This document shows positions 1-8,137 of a DNA stretch of 40,561 nucleotides, piece after piece; position 1 is the first letter of the stretch; each line of letters begins with the position of its first letter. The stretch is from an uncultured bacterium (GTDB lineage Bacteria; Planctomycetota; Phycisphaerae; Phycisphaerales; SM1A02), in assembly GCA_903861235.1 (NCBI GenBank), contig CAIOTP010000263.1, positions 1 to 40,561 of the forward strand. The letters are read 5' to 3'. A program made the translations under genes and the position numbers. The notes below the pieces were generated by a model. The model was given only the letters and a program-made list of their open reading frames with translations. It did no database searches and was not told the origin of the DNA.

Positions 1-594
1 CTCATCGATTTCAAGGGCGACTTCTCGTCGGATGCCGAACACCTGACCGTGTACCTGAACGGTCGCTATGTGGGTCGCCTGCTGGATTCCAAGATGGGTA
101 CCGTTCGAGACTGTGTCGCTTATGCGGGCTGGGTAACGTTGGGATCGGTGCTGTCGATCCCCCGCGAGTTCTTCAACGACTGCGTCTGGACCTCGTCCGG
201 ACCACTCGACGCCAACTTCGAGTTCAGGCCCAGCATCGCCGTGAACGCCAACCAGTGCCCGGGCGGGTCCTGGATCCAGGCCCGACTCGAATACACCGCC
301 GCCATCACCGAGGACTGCAACGCCAACGGCCTGCTCGATGTCTGTGAGACCCGCGACTGGCCCGAGACCGACACCAACGGCAACGGCGTCGTGGATGTCT
401 GCGAAGGCATGCGCAGCTCACCCTTCTGCCCCGGCGACATCGACGAAGACGGCGAGGTGGGTGCCGGCGACATCAGCGGCCTTCTGGTCCGGTTCGGCAT
501 GAGCCTGCCCGGCGACCCGGCCGACCTGGATCGGGACGGCGAGGTGGGTGCCGGCGACATCAGCATGCTGCTGACCCTGTTCGGCCCCTGCTGA
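1..594 (+). CDS. C-terminal part of a secreted protein with DCNxNG..DVCE motifs and a twin dockerin/EF-hand-like tail (5' end outside the window)
   Basis: Frame 1 is open from base 1, with TGA at 592-594. Motifs DCNANGLLDVCE and DTNGNGVVDVCE are followed by GDIDEDGEVGAGDISGLLVRFG and ADLDRDGEVGAGDISMLLTLFG at the extreme C terminus. Strong G/C third-position bias. Confidence 0.8.
   Translation, partial: LIDFKGDFSSDAEHLTVYLNGRYVGRLLDSKMGTVRDCVAYAGWVTLGSVLSIPREFFNDCVWTSSGPLDANFEFRPSIAVNANQCPGGSWIQARLEYTAAITEDCNANGLLDVCETRDWPETDTNGNGVVDVCEGMRSSPFCPGDIDEDGEVGAGDISGLLVRFGMSLPGDPADLDRDGEVGAGDISMLLTLFGPC
448..564 (+). repeat. Perfect 30-nt direct repeat (448-477 = 535-564) encoding DGEVGAGDIS in the two dockerin-like repeats
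   Basis: gacggcgaggtgggtgccggcgacatcagc occurs twice, 87 nt (29 codons) apart, inside the CDS 1-594. Confidence 0.9.
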
Positions 595-623
595 GCCGGT
601 TCAGGGCCCGAGGCCGATGCTCC

Positions 624-652
624 GCACCCCGCAGGCCCCGCCCGCGGGGTGC
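624..652. terminator. GC-rich hairpin between convergent genes (candidate bidirectional terminator)
   Basis: GCACCCCGC (624-632) pairs with GCGGGGTGC (644-652) around an 11-nt loop. It sits in the 59-bp gap between the stop at 594 and the stop at 654. There is no long T-run, so intrinsic-terminator status is uncertain. Confidence 0.45.
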
Positions 653-653
653 C

Positions 654-1346
654 TCACTTTCCGTCGTCGTACACCGGCACCGCGTCCGCCCACTCCTTGG
701 CCCACAGGCGGAAGCCGCCCTCGAAGGCGTTGGCGTTGTCGCCGGCGCGGCAGTGCGCCGGCAGCGCCTTGAGATTCTTCACGTTGCCGCCGCCGATCAC
801 GATCTCGTCGGGCAGCAGCGCGTCGAACAGGATGCCGCAGACCTTCTCCACATGGCCCCGCCAGCGCTTCTTGCCCAGCCGCTTCAGGCCACGCAGACCG
901 ACGTAGTCCTCGAACGTGCGGTCCTTGCGATAGGGCATGTGGGCCAGCTCGGTGGGCACCACATGGTGATCCACGATCAGGCAGGAGCCCAGACCGGTGC
1001 CCAGACCCAGGAAGAGCATGCGGCCACCCTTGTAGCTGCCCACCGCCTGCATGGCGGCGTCGTTGATCAGCTTGACCGGTGCGCCGAAGTCATGGTCGTA
1101 GTCGAAGTCGACCCAGCCCGGACCCAGGTTCACCGGGTTCTTCAGCGGACGGTTGTTGCGGATCGGCGCCGGCAGACCGATGCTGATCGCTTCCACCTTC
1201 CAGCCGGTGCAGAGCTTCTTCACGCCCGCCACCATCTGCTGGGGCGTGAGGGTGGGGCCGCTCTCGAACTCTCGCTTCTGCGGGTCGCCGGGCACGCGGA
1301 TCTTCACATGCGTGCCCCCGATGTCGATGGCCAGAATGCTCTTCAT
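654..1346 (-). CDS. ppgK: ROK-family sugar kinase, polyphosphate/ATP-glucokinase-like (230 aa)
   Basis: ATG at 1346-1344 and stop at 654-656. N-terminal ATPase motif LAIDIGGTHVK, then NDAAMQAVGS and GLGTGLGSCLI, typical of short ROK/PPGK kinases. The longer ORF 654..2573 upstream of this ATG is low-complexity and overlaps the next gene. Confidence 0.8.
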   Translation of the reverse strand: MKSILAIDIGGTHVKIRVPGDPQKREFESGPTLTPQQMVAGVKKLCTGWKVEAISIGLPAPIRNNRPLKNPVNLGPGWVDFDYDHDFGAPVKLINDAAMQAVGSYKGGRMLFLGLGTGLGSCLIVDHHVVPTELAHMPYRKDRTFEDYVGLRGLKRLGKKRWRGHVEKVCGILFDALLPDEIVIGGGNVKNLKALPAHCRAGDNANAFEGGFRLWAKEWADAVPVYDDGK

Positions 1347-1378
1347 GGAGGCCGGAAGGCTACACGCCCCTCCGCCGC

Positions 1379-3532
1379 TCACGGCTGCGGCCGAGCGGGC
1401 ACCAGCCATTCGCGGCGGAACAGGTGCCGCTGCACATCGCCGGTGGCCATGCGCCAGATCTGCTCGCCGGTGTGGCGACTGGTGACGGCAATGTGACTGC
1501 CCAGCGCCCCCGCCGGCTCCGGAGCATCCAAGCCCAGCGACTTCACCAGCAGGTCCTCCGCGCCCACCTGGTCCCCGGGTGGTTCCGTGCCCTCGGGGAA
1601 TCCGCGCACCCGAGCGCCCGGCAGCAGGAACCGCTCCAGCTCCGCGGTGCTGCGGAAGTTCTCCGGCACCCAGACCGTGCGACCCCTGGCCGCCTGCACC
1701 GCGGACTCGGGGAAGGTGCCCAGCGGCGCATTGAACACCGCCAGGAAGCTGCTGATGCACAGGAACACGCCCAGCGCCACCGGCGCCGAAAGCATGACGG
1801 TCCAGCCGCGGGCGACGAAGCCGAACACGCCGGCGATGATCACGCTGATGCAGAGCAGCCAGTGCCACCATTCCAGCGCCTGGAAGCCGATGTCCAGGCA
1901 GAGCTGCAGCGACACCCACATGGTGCCCGCCGCCACGATCACCGCGGCCGCGTGGGTGAGCATGAAGGCGTTGCGGCCCACGTGCTGCCACCGCAGCGCC
2001 ATGACCACGGCCACCGCCGGCATGGCCTCGAGCAGGTAGCGGCCACTCCGCTGGCTGGGCAGGCAGAAGACCGCGAAGAACACCAGGATCCACGCCCACA
2101 GCATGCGTTCCTCGGCCGTGAGCGAACGGCGCCGCTTCAGGCACTCCACGCACACGCCAAAGAGCGGGAACGCCAGCAGGCCCGCATTCACCAGCCAGCT
2201 GCCGGCCAGCGTCCAGACGCTGCTTCCGCCCCAGAGCAGACCCTGCAGCCATGGCAGAAGCCCGCCCTGCCCCATCTTCCCCACATTTTCGCCCACCACG
2301 AACTCGCGCCACACCGCAGCAGGGTCCGGATCCAGCAGGAACCACAGGCTGAACATGCCCAGCGAGAGCACCGCCACCCACACCAGGCCCGGCAACGCCT
2401 GCCGCACGAAGGCTCCCACGCTCCAGCGTCGTTCCATCAGATGCCACACCGCCAGTCCGGCGCCGATCGGCATGAGCTGCGCAAAGCTCTTGGTCAGCAG
2501 CGCCATGCCCGCCAGCAGACCCACCACGGTGGGAAACGCGAAGCGACTGGCCATGGACCACGGCCTGCACCACAGCATGGACAGGAACACCATGGACACC
2601 CAGAAGGTCTCGGGCGGATTGGTGAGGAAGGGGCGCCCGTAGCGGTAGGTGCTGAAGAAGCCCAGGAAGAAGAGCGCCGCCATGGTGCCGCGGAACGCGT
2701 CACGGCCCGAGAGGCGCCACGCCACCAGCCCCGTGCCCATGGCGGTGAGCAGGGTCCAGGCCACGCCTGGCCACCGCAGCGCCACCGGGCTCCACCACGC
2801 CCCCCAGTTCGTGCTCAGCAGCCCCTGCCAGAAGAGCAGCGGCGGCTTGGTGTTCCGCATGTCCGCCATCTCGCTCTGCAGTGGAAGCCAGTGCCCGGCC
2901 GCGGCGGTGGCCCGCGTGATCTGCATGTAGACCAGCTCGTCGCCGTTGCGGAGGATCTGCAGGGCGCCCAGTCCGTGCAGATAGGTGCACAGCGCCAGGA
3001 TGACGCCGCTGATCATGAGCGGAAGCACCACGCGGGCATCGTGCAGGCGGGCCTCCTCGGGGTCGATCCCTTCCGTGCGCACATGCCGGTAGGTCCAGAG
3101 ATCGTTGAGCGCAAAGTTGACCACGCAGGCGAAGCCGATGCTGACGGCGTTGGCCAGCAGCACCGGCATGTGGGTCTTCAGCGTGAAGGTGAGCGTGAAC
3201 TGCAGCAGGATGCCCACCCAGTTCGCCGCGGCGTAGTGGCCGTACTGCTGAAGCAGCGGCATCTCCTGGGCGCGCGTGCGGTCCTTCCAGGTCCACTTGC
3301 GGTTCCAGTGGAAGTTGTTGGTCATGCCGAGCACGATGCCGGTGGCCATGGCCAGCGCCAGGCGAAGCGACTCGTCGGTCACGCCCCGGTAGAGATGCTC
3401 CTGGCAGATCCAGATGGCGGCCATGTTGATGGCCACGCCGCTCACGCCCACCACGCCGAATCGCACGAACCGATTCCGCTGGCCCCACGCCCACCGAAGG
3501 ACCGAATCCGCCCGCGAACGCACCCCGCTCAC
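1379..3532 (-). CDS. Fusion protein: N-terminal GtrA-like domain plus GT-C glycosyltransferase (family 39/83, ArnT/PMT-like), about 717 aa
   Basis: The GTG at 3532-3530 overlaps the TGA (3531-3529) of the upstream GT9 gene (GTGA). The GtrA-type segment is FVRFGVVGVSGVAINMAAIWI...NNFHWNRKWTWKD. It is followed by many TM helices and the GT-C DE motif with KPPL (NGDELVYMQI...NTKPPLLFWQ). An alternative GTG start lies at 3523. Confidence 0.85.
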   Translation of the reverse strand: MSGVRSRADSVLRWAWGQRNRFVRFGVVGVSGVAINMAAIWICQEHLYRGVTDESLRLALAMATGIVLGMTNNFHWNRKWTWKDRTRAQEMPLLQQYGHYAAANWVGILLQFTLTFTLKTHMPVLLANAVSIGFACVVNFALNDLWTYRHVRTEGIDPEEARLHDARVVLPLMISGVILALCTYLHGLGALQILRNGDELVYMQITRATAAAGHWLPLQSEMADMRNTKPPLLFWQGLLSTNWGAWWSPVALRWPGVAWTLLTAMGTGLVAWRLSGRDAFRGTMAALFFLGFFSTYRYGRPFLTNPPETFWVSMVFLSMLWCRPWSMASRFAFPTVVGLLAGMALLTKSFAQLMPIGAGLAVWHLMERRWSVGAFVRQALPGLVWVAVLSLGMFSLWFLLDPDPAAVWREFVVGENVGKMGQGGLLPWLQGLLWGGSSVWTLAGSWLVNAGLLAFPLFGVCVECLKRRRSLTAEERMLWAWILVFFAVFCLPSQRSGRYLLEAMPAVAVVMALRWQHVGRNAFMLTHAAAVIVAAGTMWVSLQLCLDIGFQALEWWHWLLCISVIIAGVFGFVARGWTVMLSAPVALGVFLCISSFLAVFNAPLGTFPESAVQAARGRTVWVPENFRSTAELERFLLPGARVRGFPEGTEPPGDQVGAEDLLVKSLGLDAPEPAGALGSHIAVTSRHTGEQIWRMATGDVQRHLFRREWLVPARPQP

Positions 3533-4770
3533 GCGGCGTGCTCCACCAGCTCGGGTCGGGCCTGCTCCAGCATCTGGCGGGCCCTGGTCAGCACCTGGTC
3601 CGGCATGATCCGCTTCAGGCACTGGTTGTCGCCGTCGCAGGGAGAACTGCGGTGGTTGTATGCCGTGAGGCACGGCGAGCACGGCAGCTGCGTGAAGAAC
3701 GCGTGCGCGTTGGGGCTCCAGCTGCGGTAGAGCGCCGGCGTCTCGGGTCCGAACATCACGATGGTGTGCAGCGGCGTCATGGCGGCGAACTGCCCCGGGC
3801 CACCGTCGTTGGTGATCAGCAGGCTGGCGCGCCGGAACAGGCAGAGCAGATGCCGCACCGAACGCGTGTACCCCGCCAGGCTCACGCAGAGCGGGTGGTC
3901 GCCGCAGCCCCTTCGCAGCGCCTCCGCCAGCGGCCGGTCCTCCGGCATGCCGATCACCCCCACGGCACAGCCCTGCGCCAGCAGCTCGCGCGCCACGCTC
4001 ACGTAGTGCTCCAGAGGCCACGCGCGGATGGGGAGCAGGCCGCCGCTGGGATACAGCAGGACCAGCCTCCGGCCACGCAGGTCGGGGTGATCCCGGTGCA
4101 GCTGCGCCACCTCGCGTTCCACCTCGCCAGGCTCCGGAGTGAACGCCGGCGGCAGGTAGGTCGCCTCCACGCGTCCATCCTTGGCACGCGGGGTGCTGAG
4201 GCTGTCCAGACCGTCCGCCAGCGAGACCAGCTGGTGCGACAGGTGCCGATACGGGTTGTAGGGCACCCGCGAGGTGAGGAAGGATCCGCGGTACAGGCCC
4301 TCCTGCGTCTGCCGATGGAAGCCGACGCGATGGCCCGCCCCCGACAGGCCGCTCAGGATGGCGCTGATGCGTGCGAAGAGCTCGCAGTCGACCACCGCGT
4401 CGATGCGCCACGCCCGCACCTGCCTGACGGCGGTCCACAGATCGGCCAGCAGGTTCCGGGGGGAGTCGTCGCGGATGGTGATCACGCATTCGGGATCGAC
4501 CACCTGGAGCAGGTCGAGCAGCTGGCGGTTCCGGCGGAAGAGCATCATGTGGATGCGCGCCTGCGGGTGGCGCTCCCGCAGGCGGCGGAACATGGGCTCC
4601 GCCAGCACCAGGCTGCCCATCTCGCTCAGCAGGATCACCAGGATGCGCCGAGGCGGCGCCGGCGGGAAGGCGCCGTAGATCAGCCGAAGCGCCCCGTGCC
4701 ACACGGAGAGCGCAGCGCAGAGCGGAATGCCCACCCAACGATCGACCAGTTTCTGGAGGGCGACATCCAT
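3529..4770 (-). CDS. Glycosyltransferase family 9 (ADP-heptose:LPS heptosyltransferase-like), 413 aa
   Basis: ATG at 4770. Overall GT9-like layout with the C-terminal LITNDGGPGQFAAM...MFGPETP motif region. Translationally coupled to the downstream GtrA-GT-C gene. Confidence 0.8.
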   Translation of the reverse strand: MDVALQKLVDRWVGIPLCAALSVWHGALRLIYGAFPPAPPRRILVILLSEMGSLVLAEPMFRRLRERHPQARIHMMLFRRNRQLLDLLQVVDPECVITIRDDSPRNLLADLWTAVRQVRAWRIDAVVDCELFARISAILSGLSGAGHRVGFHRQTQEGLYRGSFLTSRVPYNPYRHLSHQLVSLADGLDSLSTPRAKDGRVEATYLPPAFTPEPGEVEREVAQLHRDHPDLRGRRLVLLYPSGGLLPIRAWPLEHYVSVARELLAQGCAVGVIGMPEDRPLAEALRRGCGDHPLCVSLAGYTRSVRHLLCLFRRASLLITNDGGPGQFAAMTPLHTIVMFGPETPALYRSWSPNAHAFFTQLPCSPCLTAYNHRSSPCDGDNQCLKRIMPDQVLTRARQMLEQARPELVEHAA

Positions 4771-4855
4771 GCGGCAGCGCCGGGTCTCGGCGCGGAAATG
4801 CTATCGTGCGCCCACGGCGGCACTGGTCGCCCCCTCGCACCGGAGCGCCGATCGC

Positions 4856-6040
4856 ATGACCCCCACCGCCACGCGATTGCCCATGCTGCTGCTGGTCGCG
4901 GGACTGGTGGCGGCGGCCCTTCGCGTGCCCCGCGTGCCGGAACCCCGCTTCCTGGTGCCCCCGGCGGTCATGCCCGGCGAGCGGCCCGATCCCAAGCCCA
5001 TCTACCGCCTGATCGACCTGCCTCAGCCCACCCCGAGCGCCCATGCCTCGTGCGTGCTGCCCCTGCACCAGGGTGACCTGCTGGTGGCGTGGTTCGGCGG
5101 CGCCAGGGAGGGCGCCCGCGACGTGGCGATCCACATGGCCCGTCTGCGCGACGGCCTGGTGGAGGAGACCTGGGTCGCACTCACCCGTGAGCGGCTGCAG
5201 GAACTGGTGCATCGTGTGATCCGAAAGCTGGGCAACCCCGTGCTCTGGCTGGACACCGCTGGCCGGCTGCACCTGCAGGTGGTCAGCGTGAGCTACGGCG
5301 GCTGGTCCGGCAGCGCCGTGAACCACCTGGTGTCCGAGGACGGCGGCCACACCTGGAGCACCGGCCGCCGACTGGTCCTTTCCCCCTTCTTCAACCTGAG
5401 CACGCTGGTGCGCACGCCGCCGCTGGTGATGGAGGACGGCACGATCGGCTTCCCCTGCTACCACGAGTTCGTGGACAAGTGGGGTCTGTGGGTCCGGATC
5501 ACCGCGGAAGGGCGCGTGCTCGAGCAGGCTCGCATGCAGCGGTACGAAGGCGGCAGACTGCAGCCTGCCGTGGCGGCACTGGATCCCACGCATGCCGTCG
5601 CGCTGCTTCGCTCCGGAAGCCGGCACCAGCGCCGCATCCAGCGCAACGCCACCGACGACGGTGGCGCCACCTGGCCCCAGAAGCGGAGCCTGCCCATCGC
5701 CAACCCCGACGCCGCGGTGGCCATGATCCGGCTGGAAGACGGCTCGCTGCTGCTGGCCGCGAATCCGCTGGAAGCGGGCCGGAACATCCTGCAGCTCTTC
5801 CATTCGCTGGATGCGGGGCAGTCGTGGACGCCGTTGCGAATCGTCTCGCGCAGCGACGAGCCGGGTGCGGAGTTCTCGTATCCGTATCTGGCGCAGGACG
5901 GACTGGGCACCATCCACCTGACCTACACGCACCTTCGCAAGGGCATCCGTCTGTGCTCCTTCAACCTGGAGTGGCTCTACCTGGAGAACCCGCCACCCAG
6001 GCCGCTGATCGATCCGGCTCCTTCGGGAGGTGGCCCGTGA
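4856..6040 (+). CDS. Membrane-anchored BNR/Asp-box sialidase-like protein (394 aa)
   Basis: ATG 4856 gives MTPTATRLPMLLLVAGLVAAAL, a single N-terminal TM/signal anchor. Three Asp-box motifs are present: SEDGGHTW, TDDGGATW and SLDAGQSW. The upstream in-frame ATGs at 4727 and 4769 would overlap the divergent GT9 gene. Confidence 0.8.
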   Translation: MTPTATRLPMLLLVAGLVAAALRVPRVPEPRFLVPPAVMPGERPDPKPIYRLIDLPQPTPSAHASCVLPLHQGDLLVAWFGGAREGARDVAIHMARLRDGLVEETWVALTRERLQELVHRVIRKLGNPVLWLDTAGRLHLQVVSVSYGGWSGSAVNHLVSEDGGHTWSTGRRLVLSPFFNLSTLVRTPPLVMEDGTIGFPCYHEFVDKWGLWVRITAEGRVLEQARMQRYEGGRLQPAVAALDPTHAVALLRSGSRHQRRIQRNATDDGGATWPQKRSLPIANPDAAVAMIRLEDGSLLLAANPLEAGRNILQLFHSLDAGQSWTPLRIVSRSDEPGAEFSYPYLAQDGLGTIHLTYTHLRKGIRLCSFNLEWLYLENPPPRPLIDPAPSGGGP

Positions 6041-6636
6041 ACGCCGCCTCCATGTACGGCCTGTTCGCTCAGGGCGTGATCGTGGCGGCCGCGGTCTGCG
6101 CCGTGGCGCTGCGGCACCGGGGCCCGTGTCCACGGCCCATGCGGCAGGTCATGGTGCTGGCGCTTTCGGTTCTCGCGGTGCTGCTCGTGCCCATGGACGG
6201 CGTCTCGATCGCATGCCACCTGCGTGGGCTCTGGGGTGATCCCAGCGTGGTCACGCTCGGGGTGCTGCTGCTCCACGTGCTTCGACCGTCGGCGCTGCCC
6301 GCGTGGCCGGATCACCGCCTGTGCGCGCTGCTCACGGTGCTGGTCACGCTGCCTCTCCATGCGCCGCTGTTCCTTCCCGTGCCCATGGTCACCTGGGACC
6401 TGTACACGCTGGGCTTGCAGCCCTGGGTGCTGCTGGCCGCTCTCGCGATCACGGCGGTGCTGCTGCGAAGGCGTGCCGGCGGCCCGTGGACCGCGCTGGT
6501 GGGCGTGGCCCTGCTGGCCTGGGCCGCGGGCTTGATGGAATCCGACAACCTGTGGGACTACCTGGCGGATCCGGTGCTGCTGCTGGCGATGGCGTTCGCG
6601 GGCTTCACCGGGATCTGGACTTCGCTCCACCGATAA
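6037..6636 (+). CDS. Polytopic membrane protein of unknown function (about 199 aa, about 6 TM), coupled to the BNR gene
   Basis: GTG 6037-6039 overlaps the TGA at 6038-6040 of the BNR gene (GTGA); an alternative ATG lies at 6052. Leu/Val/Ala-rich hydrophobic segments and high GC3. TAA at 6634-6636. Confidence 0.7.
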   Translation: MNAASMYGLFAQGVIVAAAVCAVALRHRGPCPRPMRQVMVLALSVLAVLLVPMDGVSIACHLRGLWGDPSVVTLGVLLLHVLRPSALPAWPDHRLCALLTVLVTLPLHAPLFLPVPMVTWDLYTLGLQPWVLLAALAITAVLLRRRAGGPWTALVGVALLAWAAGLMESDNLWDYLADPVLLLAMAFAGFTGIWTSLHR

Positions 6637-7358
6637 CGCATGGGGATGGAGGGGCCGTTGTAGTTCAACGCACGCGGCTCGCCGGCGGCCACCCATCGAT
6701 CCTGTCTGGCCAGCGTGTCGCGCAGCTTGTCCAGGCCCTGGTTCACCCGGTTCATGCCGTAGCCACCGTTGAGGCCGATGGCGATCACCGTGATCTGCGG
6801 GTTGTCCACCACGCGCACGCCGCGCTCCGCCTGGCCCGTGGGGCCCTGCTCGGTTCGACGATAGAGGAAGCTCATGGTCCACTCGCCGCGCTGGTCGGTG
6901 AGCCGTCCCGAGTCGTCCGTCATGCCGCGGTAGTCCATCTCGACCGGGCTGGTCATGGCGATGTCGCGGTCCTTGATGTGGTTGAAGAGCGGCCAGAAGC
7001 CGCGGCCCATGCCCAGACTGGTCGGACCTTCGCCGCTGATCTCGGCACGACGCACCACGGGATAGGTCTTGATCTCGATGCATCCCGGTGGCGTGGGCGG
7101 CGGGTAGCCCTCGGGGAGCGGCGCCTCGATCTCGAAGTCTCCGGCGAGCCAGTTCTCGCCCTGAAGCACGGGGACCTCGGCATCGCCCAGCACGCGAACC
7201 GATGTTCCGGCGCCGGGGGCCCGCATGGGCCAGGGCGCGGAACCGGCGGGTTCCGCCACCACGGGGGCGGGCTCGGGGCCACCGGTCATGGCACAGCCGC
7301 CCAGGATGAAGAGCGACATGCCAAGGGTGCGACGCAGGGTTCGGCGAAGAGGAGACAT
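6558..7358 (-). CDS. SOUL/heme-binding-protein family lipoprotein (266 aa)
   Basis: ATG at 7358 and lipobox LFILGGC. The body (IEIKTYPVVRRAEI...FWPLFNHIKDRDIAMTSPVEM...SFLY...NYNGPSIPMRYRWSEVQIPV) looks like the SOUL fold family. The 3' end overlaps the convergent gene by 79 nt. Confidence 0.7.
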   Translation of the reverse strand: MSPLRRTLRRTLGMSLFILGGCAMTGGPEPAPVVAEPAGSAPWPMRAPGAGTSVRVLGDAEVPVLQGENWLAGDFEIEAPLPEGYPPPTPPGCIEIKTYPVVRRAEISGEGPTSLGMGRGFWPLFNHIKDRDIAMTSPVEMDYRGMTDDSGRLTDQRGEWTMSFLYRRTEQGPTGQAERGVRVVDNPQITVIAIGLNGGYGMNRVNQGLDKLRDTLARQDRWVAAGEPRALNYNGPSIPMRYRWSEVQIPVKPANAIASSSTGSAR

Positions 7359-7413
7359 GGGAGAGCGTGTTCGCCGGAATCCATGATCCGGATGCTTCGG
7401 GCAGAATGGCCGC

Positions 7414-8097
7414 ATGAACCGCCCCACCCCCCTCTGGCCCCTCCGAATCGGCCCTCTGGCCCGCTTCCTGCCGCTGCTGAGCCTGATGGTGGCCACCCTG
7501 GCCGGCGGCGGGTGCGGCACCGCACCCGACATCGGCGGCGGGGACTGGTTCATCGGCGACACCTCCCTCAAGGGCGATCCGGCCATGTTCGGTGCCGGCG
7601 GGAAGACGGCGGTCATGTGGCAGTTCCCACGCGGCACCGAGTGGGTGTGGCGCGTGAGCTCGAAGGGTCAGACGCGCGAGTGGGCCGTGGAGCAGCGCTA
7701 TGCCGACGCCGCCGACGATCCTGCGCAGGGACAAGTGTGGTGGATGGGCGACAGCACGGGCAGCTGGAGCGGCACCATCGCGCCCACCAGTCCGAAGGAC
7801 TCGTGGGGCAAGCCGCAGGTGCCTCCCTTCAACGGCTCGCTGCCAGGCGTGCCCGCCGGCACGGGCGGCGCCTCGTTCACCATCGCGGGCGTGCCGGCCA
7901 ACGGCGACGGACACATCGAGGGTCACGGCCAGACCCGCAGCGACGAGCTCTTCCTGACCCTGAAGTGGATCAAGGCCGACGGCAGCGTGGGTGCCACGTA
8001 CGAACTGCGCGGCCTGGGACAGAACGAGGAGGAGTACCTGGACGCCCTGCAGAAGCTCGGCGTGCCCCCGCCTCCCATGGTGCGGCCGGTGCGGTGA
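7414..8097 (+). CDS. Hypothetical lipoprotein (227 aa)
   Basis: ATG 7414. Signal peptide with lipobox LAGGGC. No recognisable domain. High GC3 and no competing supported frame. Confidence 0.65.
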   Translation: MNRPTPLWPLRIGPLARFLPLLSLMVATLAGGGCGTAPDIGGGDWFIGDTSLKGDPAMFGAGGKTAVMWQFPRGTEWVWRVSSKGQTREWAVEQRYADAADDPAQGQVWWMGDSTGSWSGTIAPTSPKDSWGKPQVPPFNGSLPGVPAGTGGASFTIAGVPANGDGHIEGHGQTRSDELFLTLKWIKADGSVGATYELRGLGQNEEEYLDALQKLGVPPPPMVRPVR

Positions 8098-8137
8098 TGT
8101 GTGGGTTCCGAGACGTGTCCCCGGTAACCTTCGCGGC

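Noticed and set aside
1347-2573. Upstream extension of ORF 654..2573 (would give a 639-aa kinase)
   Set aside because: It overlaps the GT-C glycosyltransferase gene out of frame and has low-complexity Gly/Ala/Arg content. The ROK kinase motif DIGGT lies right after the ATG at 1346.
4768-4771. Back-to-back divergent starts sharing CATG (also at 19957-19960)
   Set aside because: At 4769 the + strand ATG would add 29 non-hydrophobic residues before the TM anchor, so ATG 4856 is preferred. At 19959 the minus-strand ATG would make PSP1 overlap the well-supported signal-peptide start at 19958, so GTG 19914 is preferred. Neither case can be settled from sequence alone.
3533-6133. Upstream extension of the 1584-aa minus-strand ORF 1379..6133
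   Set aside because: The extension overlaps the GT9 gene in another frame and is antisense to the BNR gene. The translation is Pro/Arg/Gly/Ala-rich. The GTG at 3532, sitting on the GT9 stop codon, gives a sensible GtrA N terminus.
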